Shown: piece by piece, positions 1-5,985 of the stretch
How positions within the stretch are numbered: position 1 is the first letter of the stretch
Layout: every line of letters starts with the position of its first letter
Assembly: GCA_937884195.1 (NCBI GenBank)
Contig: CALGDN010000140.1
Coordinates: 1-26,720, forward strand
Direction of reading: 5' to 3'
Length of the DNA: 26,720 bases
Source: an uncultured bacterium
GTDB lineage: Bacteria > Omnitrophota > Gorgyraeia > Gorgyraeales > Gorgyraeaceae
Program-made: the position numbers and the translations under genes
Notes under the pieces: generated by a model
Database searches by the model: none
What the model saw: only the letters and a program-made list of their open reading frames with translations
Told to the model about the DNA's origin: nothing

Positions 1-1886
1 GCAAGTTTCTTCCCATCTCCTTCTGCCCATGCGGCAATCCTGTCCAATAAGTTTTCAGCTGGCTGGACAAAAGCGTTCAGATTATATAAGTCATACTTAT
101 TGACAAATGCATTTTTATTTTTTTTATCTTTGATCTTGCCCGATTTATCAGCATAATGGACATTCAGGGCCATATGATTGTCAACCATGGCATCCAGTAT
201 TTCTAACATCGTAGCCGCGCTGAGCGATTCCCCCGGATTAAATTCCTTGTCCTGTCTGGAGTACCCTTCGTAGGTATCGATAAGGCTGATACTATTCGGT
301 CCTGCTGTCCGTAAAGCTAAAAGCATAACCCATAACTCCGCAAAATCATTAAAGTTTTCAGTGCTGTGCACTAAGATAACGTTCTCGCCTTTTAAATTGT
401 CCGGGACCTTGACCTTCCATGTCAGGGGATTTTCACCTGGCTTTTCGATTATGACTCTTTCAGACTCAGCTTTAATAGAATCCGCCGCTTCCCTGGCATC
501 TGACTCTAATCGTCTGTGTTCATACAATACCTTCTTGATGAAGTGAGGGCCCTTCTTCTTTTTTATGGCCTTTAAAGGGATGGCACTGGATTCGGTATTA
601 TTGTAAAATAGCCGGTCACAGTAAAAACGCAATAAACTATCCAACCCGCTTTTAACGTCATGGACCTTATCTAAAACAAGATCGATCTTTTTCGCACCAT
701 TCCTTTTTAATGTGCCTAACAATAGAATTATTTTTACTAAATCCTCAGGCGAATTGAGAGTAGAAACCACTCTCAAGGATGCCCCGTTGACAAGATCGGG
801 ATTCAGGATCCTTAAATATAGTTCTCCGTCAGGGAAATGTGATGTCTTTAATCGTATCGCCCCCTTGTCACCCTCTACCGAAATCTTAGCATAAAGCGAG
901 TTCATTTTATTTAAAAGATTTTTAAGGTCTGTTATTTTCTCCTCTAGATAGCCCCCAAAGTAATCTAAATCTTCATTATTAATAGCGTGCCAGGGGAGTT
1001 CCTCGTTTTCTCCGTTATAAAAGCTGGTTAAATAATCACTGAGATTTTCTCCGTTCAAGAATTTATCGGATATCTCTTCTATGGTTTCAGGCATATAGTC
1101 AGCAAAAAGAGGATACAGATAGATATAGGATTCAAGAAACCTTTTCCACTCTTTCCTGGAGTCTCCCAGGTCGCCCATTGTTGATTCAGCGTTCTTAAAC
1201 CCGTCTTTTATAAGGCCTTTTGACCATTCAATTATTTCCGCCGGAGAAAGTGCAAACCTTTCCACGGAATCTTTCCCGTATATTGTAACTCCTGTACCCA
1301 GCCTCAATAAACTAAGGTTCTCCCTTAATTTTGTTCTAGTCTTAAAATCCTCCTCCCCTTTTATATTTACATCTACATGAGGTAAATCACTACTTAAACT
1401 CCATACTTCTCCCCCGAAACTCAACCTACCCTTAACAATGATAAGCATATCTATATCATGCGACCTGTCTTTTTCAGAATACCACAACGAGTTTCCGAAG
1501 ATAAAGATTGTACAACCTTCTATATCCTCGTCGCTTAATTCAATGTGTCCTTCCTCCCGTAATTTTTTAAGCTTGTCTTTTACTAGCTGGGGCAAGTTTC
1601 TGTCTCTTAGAAGATACTCGAGTCTTTTGCGCAGGATCCCCCTGGATTTTTTATTATCTTTGAGGTGGCTCCAGAGATAGCTATTCGATTTATCCAGCTC
1701 CGAAATAATGTCTTCCGGGGTGCGTTCAGGATTTTGTAATTTATTCCATTCCCTGAATGTCTTGCTTGTAGCCAAAGGAGGTCTAAGCGTAGGATTGCTA
1801 CCGGAGAGACAAAACGCCACTTTCTGGCCCTGGCATAAAAATAGTATTAAGAATACTAAAGCTAAAGCTTTTTTAAAGTTTATCAT
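1..1886 (-). CDS. Large multidomain protein, 3'-truncated by the window edge (>=628 aa): signal peptide + nucleotidyltransferase-like domain + two ribose-phosphate pyrophosphokinase (PRPP synthetase) N-terminal domains
   Basis: Not in the ORF track (no stop inside the window). Manual translation from ATG 1886 is open to base 1: MINFKKALALVFLILFLCQGQKVAFCLSGSNPTLRPP...TIFIFGNSLWYSEKDRSHDIDMLIIV...HVDVNI...GVTIYGKD...SHFPDGELYLRIL...LLLGTLKRNGAKKIDLVL...ELWVMLLALRTAGPNSISLIDTYEGYSRQDKEFNPGESLSA. Domains assigned by motif recognition. Confidence 0.85.
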   Translation of the reverse strand, partial: MINFKKALALVFLILFLCQGQKVAFCLSGSNPTLRPPLATSKTFREWNKLQNPERTPEDIISELDKSNSYLWSHLKDNKKSRGILRKRLEYLLRDRNLPQLVKDKLKKLREEGHIELSDEDIEGCTIFIFGNSLWYSEKDRSHDIDMLIIVKGRLSFGGEVWSLSSDLPHVDVNIKGEEDFKTRTKLRENLSLLRLGTGVTIYGKDSVERFALSPAEIIEWSKGLIKDGFKNAESTMGDLGDSRKEWKRFLESYIYLYPLFADYMPETIEEISDKFLNGENLSDYLTSFYNGENEELPWHAINNEDLDYFGGYLEEKITDLKNLLNKMNSLYAKISVEGDKGAIRLKTSHFPDGELYLRILNPDLVNGASLRVVSTLNSPEDLVKIILLLGTLKRNGAKKIDLVLDKVHDVKSGLDSLLRFYCDRLFYNNTESSAIPLKAIKKKKGPHFIKKVLYEHRRLESDAREAADSIKAESERVIIEKPGENPLTWKVKVPDNLKGENVILVHSTENFNDFAELWVMLLALRTAGPNSISLIDTYEGYSRQDKEFNPGESLSAATMLEILDAMVDNHMALNVHYADKSGKIKDKKNKNAFVNKYDLYNLNAFVQPAENLLDRIAAWAEGDGKKL

Positions 1887-1959
1887 AAATACAGACAAAA
1901 AATAATGTCCCTGCTGTCATCCAGCGGTCTTTAATAATTCTCCCCTTGTTTATATTAAT

Positions 1960-1988
1960 ATTATAGCATATTAATGCAGTTATGACAA
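1960..1988 (-). promoter_or_regulatory. Sigma70-type promoter for the large ORF
   Basis: Minus strand TTGTCA (1988-1983), 17-nt spacer, TATAAT (1965-1960), with an extended -10 TG (TGcTATAAT). Confidence 0.7.
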
Positions 1989-2010
1989 TATTTGATATAG
2001 ATAGGTCACG

Positions 2011-3201
2011 TCAACTAAATTGTGTAAAATTCTTTATAGGGCGTTCCTTCCAGTTGTTATTTAAGTGAGTAAAGATAGCATATATGATCCTCTCACAGCT
2101 TTTAAGGTTAGTAAAGCAGGTAAATACCCTTGTCCTGCGCCTGACTTCTCTAAAAGATCTCTCTATGACATTGGTGGTACGTATCTTCTTCCAGTGATTC
2201 TTTGGGCATTGGAAGACATTCAGTAATTCCTCCAGATCTTTTTCAAGGCAGTGCACTGCACGAGGAGCTTTGTTGAACCATTTCTTCTTCCACGCCTTGA
2301 ATATAGATAAGGCCTGATATTTACTCTGGGCAAGGTATATATTCCTAGCGTCATTTATGCATTCATCCTGATAGATCTTTTTGAGATAATTTGATACGTT
2401 ACGGAGTTTGTGAGCCCAGCATCTCTGGAGAGGCACATGTGGATATACAATACCTAAGGCTGAGTGTAATCCTTTTGAGCCGTCTGTTGTTACGAGTTTA
2501 AGATTATCTCCTTTTAGGCCTCGGTTATAAAGATTATTAACTAGTCCTTCCCATGCGTCAAAGGATTCGCCTTTGGCCTGGGCGAAGGCTATTAAGCGGC
2601 GTTCTCCGAATACTGTTATGCCGTATGCTACGAGGATTTTTCTATTCCGGTATTTCCCGTTATATCGTATCTTAAGCGTTATAGCGTCTAGGAATAGATA
2701 CTGGTATTCGTCGAGTATAGGGGTTTTATGGAATTCTTTTACCTTTACATCTAATCTTCTGGTTATGCTTGATACTTTGGCGTGGGATACTTTTGTATCT
2801 AGTAGTTTGGATATTGCATCCCCAACTCTCCTTGTAGATACGCCTGCCAAGAATATATCCTGGATTAAATCTTCTACGATGTCTTCATAACGATGATAGC
2901 GTTTAAAAGCCCTGGTCCTGAACCCGGATGAACGCAACCTCAGAACCTTTATGTCATTTACTAATCCGAATTGAGTTACAAGGCTGCGTGTGTAGTGTCC
3001 GTTTCTGTAAAGCTCTTCAGTGTCTTTTTGTTCTTTCTCTTGTTCTATATAGAGTTCCAGGTCTGTTTTTACCGTAGATTCCATGAGTTCTTTTAAGAGG
3101 CTGCGCATATGAAGCCTTGTGTCTTGCCAAAAATCTTTATTTACTTCCTGCCACCATTCCTGTAAAATCTTACCTTGAGGCAGTAATCTGACGTTTTCCA
3201 T
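2011..3201 (-). CDS. IS256-family (Mutator-type DDE) transposase, 396 aa
   Basis: Motifs YRNGHYTRSL, GVSTRRV, YLFLDA, TDGSKGL, PLQRCWAHKLRN, IRTTNVIERSFREVRRR. SD AAGGAG upstream. Stop codon lies within the right IR. Confidence 0.95.
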   Translation of the reverse strand: MENVRLLPQGKILQEWWQEVNKDFWQDTRLHMRSLLKELMESTVKTDLELYIEQEKEQKDTEELYRNGHYTRSLVTQFGLVNDIKVLRLRSSGFRTRAFKRYHRYEDIVEDLIQDIFLAGVSTRRVGDAISKLLDTKVSHAKVSSITRRLDVKVKEFHKTPILDEYQYLFLDAITLKIRYNGKYRNRKILVAYGITVFGERRLIAFAQAKGESFDAWEGLVNNLYNRGLKGDNLKLVTTDGSKGLHSALGIVYPHVPLQRCWAHKLRNVSNYLKKIYQDECINDARNIYLAQSKYQALSIFKAWKKKWFNKAPRAVHCLEKDLEELLNVFQCPKNHWKKIRTTNVIERSFREVRRRTRVFTCFTNLKSCERIIYAIFTHLNNNWKERPIKNFTQFS

Positions 3202-3281
3202 AGGACGTACTCCTTTCCTTTTAAAAGCCTGGCACCATACCAGAGCTTTTGTTTTTGTATCCTAAAGGAAGGATACGTCCT
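3202..3281 (-). promoter_or_regulatory. Stem-loop in the transposase leader covering the RBS
   Basis: AGGACGTA(3202-3209)/TACGTCCT(3274-3281) plus an adjacent TCCTT/AAGGA pairing that includes the SD. Inner stem AAAAGC-CTGG/CCAG-GCTTTT. Confidence 0.55.
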
Positions 3282-3387
3282 TTTTATTTAATTTTCAATA
3301 AGAAATTACACAGTATATTTTACGTTACCTATAGATAGGTCTCCTTCTACAGACGTCCTGCAAGGAAATTTTAACTAGGTAGGTATA

Positions 3388-3723
3388 TCAGTAATTTCTG
3401 CGGGCGGCGTAGGTGAAGTGGGAGAAGTAGTTTCGCCATGAGGCTTCGGTAGACATGAATTGGTTTGGTCCGAAAAAGTAATCTACGATGGCTTCTCTCA
3501 TGCGGGCTATTTCTTTGAAACGGGCAAGGCTTCCGGGGTTTGATAGAGTCAGGTCTATCAACTCAAGGGCTCGTTCAAAAGACCTCCGGCTATAATCGGG
3601 GTTATTCCTCCTTTGCCAGTTAAGGGCGCGTTCAACCTCGCTTCCAATATTAGCCATCTGCTCAAGGAAAGATAGTCTTCTCCAGCCCCCTGCTGCCAGG
3701 GTCCTATGCTGATATTTCATCAT
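3388..3723 (-). CDS. Conserved hypothetical protein (partner of the upstream DUF5674 gene)
   Basis: 111 aa, WxxLSFLEQMANIGSEVERAL motif. Start overlaps the stop of the upstream gene (translational coupling). Confidence 0.8.
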   Translation of the reverse strand: MMKYQHRTLAAGGWRRLSFLEQMANIGSEVERALNWQRRNNPDYSRRSFERALELIDLTLSNPGSLARFKEIARMREAIVDYFFGPNQFMSTEASWRNYFSHFTYAARRNY

Positions 3724-4058
3724 TTAATCCTTTTTGCGGCAATCTCGATGATCTTCCTGCGCACTTCTTCATTTTCTATCCCGCGGCTTCTATTGCCCTG
3801 AGAAGGGCGCATATTGATCATAGCATCAAATTCAATAAAGTCATTACCCTGTATTCCCGGGTAAAAATTTATACCCCAAAGGTTTTTCTGTTTTGAACCA
3901 TCTTTCAAGAGCAGCGCCTCTAAATCAGAATGCAGCTCAGCATCAACTGCTATAAACTCCCTATCAACATCAACAACTGCCTTTACCAAATCCCCAAAGG
4001 TATCTGCGGCCATTTGCTTAAGTTCGTCGAGTGATAACGTTTCTGTTATTATTTTCAT
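3720..4058 (-). CDS. DUF5674-family protein
   Basis: VKAVVDV...AVDAELHSDLEALLL.DGSKQKNLWGINFYP...IEFDAMINMRPSQGNRSR. Family recognised from memory. Confidence 0.75.
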   Translation of the reverse strand: MKIITETLSLDELKQMAADTFGDLVKAVVDVDREFIAVDAELHSDLEALLLKDGSKQKNLWGINFYPGIQGNDFIEFDAMINMRPSQGNRSRGIENEEVRRKIIEIAAKRIK

Positions 4059-4065
4059 AGTATCG

Positions 4066-4094
4066 ATTATACCTCAATAAAAAACTCCCTGCAA
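4066..4094 (-). promoter_or_regulatory. Sigma70-type promoter at the pfkB 3' end giving a probable leaderless DUF5674 mRNA
   Basis: TTGCAG (4094-4089), N17, TATAAT (4071-4066). ATG is only 7 nt downstream and there is no SD. Confidence 0.5.
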
Positions 4095-5096
4095 GCACTT
4101 TGCTTCGAGCAATCCCTTGAGGAAGGTTTTTACTTGTTTTAGGTTTTTTAGCCCCTGACTTGCGCCTGATTTGGTGCAGATTATGGCGGACAATGCCGAT
4201 GCAAAGACCATGGCAGGCCCTATATTGTCAAATACCCGTCTCTTCCCTGCCTTAACTATCTTATAAAGCAGGCCTGCTGTATAGGCGTCTCCTGCACCTA
4301 TTGTGTCGGCTATTTTGACTTTAAATGCAGGTATTTTGATGAGATTGCTTCGCTTCGCTCGCAATGATAGAGGCCTTGGGTACAATGACTCGTTGAGATA
4401 TACTGAACCCTTTGAGCCTAACGTTAAAATAATCTCGCATCTGGATAGTTTCCTGAGCTTTTTCAGGCCTTTTTCGGGATCTTTCAGGCCGGTCAGAAAC
4501 TCCAGATCAACCTCGCTTATCTTGAGCAGATCGACTAATTTTACAAGCCTTAAGACCCTGCCCCTGGCTGCTCTTTTATCCTTTATAGCACAAGGCCTGA
4601 TGTTTGGGTCAAACGATATGAATACATGCCTTTTTTTGAGGAATTTAACGTATTTTAAGGCCTCAGGCGAGGTATCTTTTTGATATGAAAAGCTGGAGCC
4701 GAAATGAAGGATCTTAGTGTGCCTTAAAAGGTTTTTTGGGGCGTCCTTAAAACATACTATGGCGCTCCTTGAAGTGTTTTTATAAAATGTATACCCGGAG
4801 TTTCCCGAAGGGTCTATATTTGCTATTGCAATGGGGGTACGTATATCCGGGTCCAGGATAATGCCTTTTGTATTTACCCTGCATGAAGCGAGAAAATGTA
4901 CGGCAAGGTCCCCCAGGGTGTCCTTGCCGATCCTTGAAACCATGGCTGTTTTTAGCCCTAGTTTAGCAGCTATTACAGCAGAGTTTGTTGTAGAGCCTCC
5001 TACAGAGGCTAAAAAACGAGGGCTGTTTTTATCGGTGCCTTTTTCCTGTATAAGGTCTACCGAGGTCCCGCCTAAAAAAAGTATGTCTAATGGCAT
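4074..5096 (-). CDS. PfkB-family carbohydrate kinase (fructokinase-like)
   Basis: GGSTTNSAV, GKDTLG, SFDPNIRP, KISEVDL, DTIGAGDAYTAG anion-hole motif. Contains a short repeat-derived insertion at about 4341-4367. Confidence 0.92.
   Translation of the reverse strand: MPLDILFLGGTSVDLIQEKGTDKNSPRFLASVGGSTTNSAVIAAKLGLKTAMVSRIGKDTLGDLAVHFLASCRVNTKGIILDPDIRTPIAIANIDPSGNSGYTFYKNTSRSAIVCFKDAPKNLLRHTKILHFGSSFSYQKDTSPEALKYVKFLKKRHVFISFDPNIRPCAIKDKRAARGRVLRLVKLVDLLKISEVDLEFLTGLKDPEKGLKKLRKLSRCEIILTLGSKGSVYLNESLYPRPLSLRAKRSNLIKIPAFKVKIADTIGAGDAYTAGLLYKIVKAGKRRVFDNIGPAMVFASALSAIICTKSGASQGLKNLKQVKTFLKGLLEAKCLQGVFY
4341..4367. repeat. Palindromic-repeat remnant (GAGATTGCTTCGCTTCGCTCGCAATGA) in frame inside pfkB
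   Basis: ATTGC...GCAAT arms around the TTCGCTTCGCTC core. Reads SLRAKRSNL on the coding strand, within a loop longer than in typical PfkB proteins. Confidence 0.55.
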
Positions 5097-5115
5097 ATAA
5101 GTTAAATGAGTGTCT

Positions 5116-5688
5116 TCAATCTATTATGATCTCGTCAAGTGAGCGTTTTGGTACGTGGTGTATATCTGCCTGGTCACGCCAGTACTTAATGTCTCTGCCG
5201 CCTGGCCTGACGTTTTCAATCTTTACCTTTTCTCTGGGTATCCCCAGTGCGATAACGAGGAGTATTTCATAGCACAGAGGGATATTTAATCTTTTGCGCA
5301 GTTCGGGCCTGTTTATGAGCCCTATTATGCATCCGCCCAGGCCTTTTTCGGCAGCACCCAGCAGGATGTTTTGGCTGGCTATGCCATGGTCGCACCCAAA
5401 AGATTGAGATATCTCTTTGTCTCCAAGTATGATGATGTAGGCGGAAGGCCTCTGGCCTTCTGCCGGGCCTGGCCAGTCTTCAAGATAACCGGCCCAACTA
5501 AGGCACGGAAATATGAGGGCGTTTTTCTTTGGGTTACAGGAAAGGGTGTATTTTAATGGCTGCAGGTTAGCCGCTGACGGCCCCAGCCTTGCAAGGTCAA
5601 CAAGTCCCTTCAGCGTCTCAAGACTTATCGGTGTCTCTTGATAAAAACGCCTATAGCTCCTGCTCTTTAATATTAAATCTCTTATCAT
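5116..5688 (-). CDS. Nitroreductase family protein
   Basis: RSYRRF FMN-binding start, ARLGPSAANLQP, GIASQNILLGAAEKGLGGC, HHVPKRSLDE. Confidence 0.92.
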   Translation of the reverse strand: MIRDLILKSRSYRRFYQETPISLETLKGLVDLARLGPSAANLQPLKYTLSCNPKKNALIFPCLSWAGYLEDWPGPAEGQRPSAYIIILGDKEISQSFGCDHGIASQNILLGAAEKGLGGCIIGLINRPELRKRLNIPLCYEILLVIALGIPREKVKIENVRPGGRDIKYWRDQADIHHVPKRSLDEIIID

Positions 5689-5699
5689 TTCGTTTTTAT

Positions 5700-5977
5700 G
5701 TAGATTCCCACGTCCTCATGGACGCGGCTCGTGCTGTTACGAGCCTTGCCCGTCCCTCAAGCAGGGCAGCAGGGTGTTGAAGGACGTTCGGCTAAAAGAT
5801 ATGTTGTTTGTAGGGCTGGGCCTCACTCTTTTTTATTTTGACAGGCAGTCTTTTTAGTTGTTCGTTGATTATATGTTTCGCAAAATAAAGAAGCCTTCAA
5901 CACCCTGCTGCCCTGCTTGACAGACGAGCAAAGCTCGTAACAGTAAGAGCCGCATCCGTAAGGATGCGGGAATCTAC
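5700..5977. repeat. 278-bp fold-back element (REPIN/MITE-like) with 84-bp inverted arms and GTAG termini
   Basis: Arms 5700-5783 and 5894-5977 match at 73/84 positions, with the inner 27 bp perfect. Each arm has a sub-hairpin (CCGCATCC-GTAA-GGATGCGG at right). TTAT on both flanks (5696-5699, 5978-5981). The 110-nt core is homologous to 9887-9993. Confidence 0.8.
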
Positions 5978-5985
5978 TTATTTTA

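Larger units (their letters stand above)
2004..3329 (-). mobile_element. Complete IS256-family insertion sequence, 1326 bp
   Basis: Imperfect terminal inverted repeats GGTCACGTCAACTAAATTGTGTAA (2004-) versus GGTAACGTAAAATATACTGTGTAA (reverse complement ending 3329). 8-bp direct repeat TATAGATA at 1996-2003 and 3330-3337. Single Mutator-type transposase. Size and 8-bp TSD are typical of the IS256 family. Confidence 0.93.

Noticed and set aside
1000-1260. HEPN domain following the NTase motif (MNT-HEPN toxin-antitoxin-like)
   Set aside because: The region is helical-looking, but I saw no Rx4-6H motif and cannot support the call without a profile search.
361-1905. Short plus-strand ORFs (361-546, 712-894, 1438-1680, 1708-1905)
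   Set aside because: All are antisense to the long open minus-strand frame, which carries recognisable domains and a promoter.
1996-3341. Apparent 12-bp direct repeat TATAGATAGGTC as the TSD
   Set aside because: The extra GGTC on the left belongs to the IS inverted repeat. IR alignment fixes the ends at 2004 and 3329, giving an 8-bp TSD.
5838-5866. Perfect TTGACA in the conserved repeat core (also 9939-9944) as a promoter -35
   Set aside because: No acceptable -10 hexamer at 16-18 nt in either copy, and it lies at the edge of a pairing stem.
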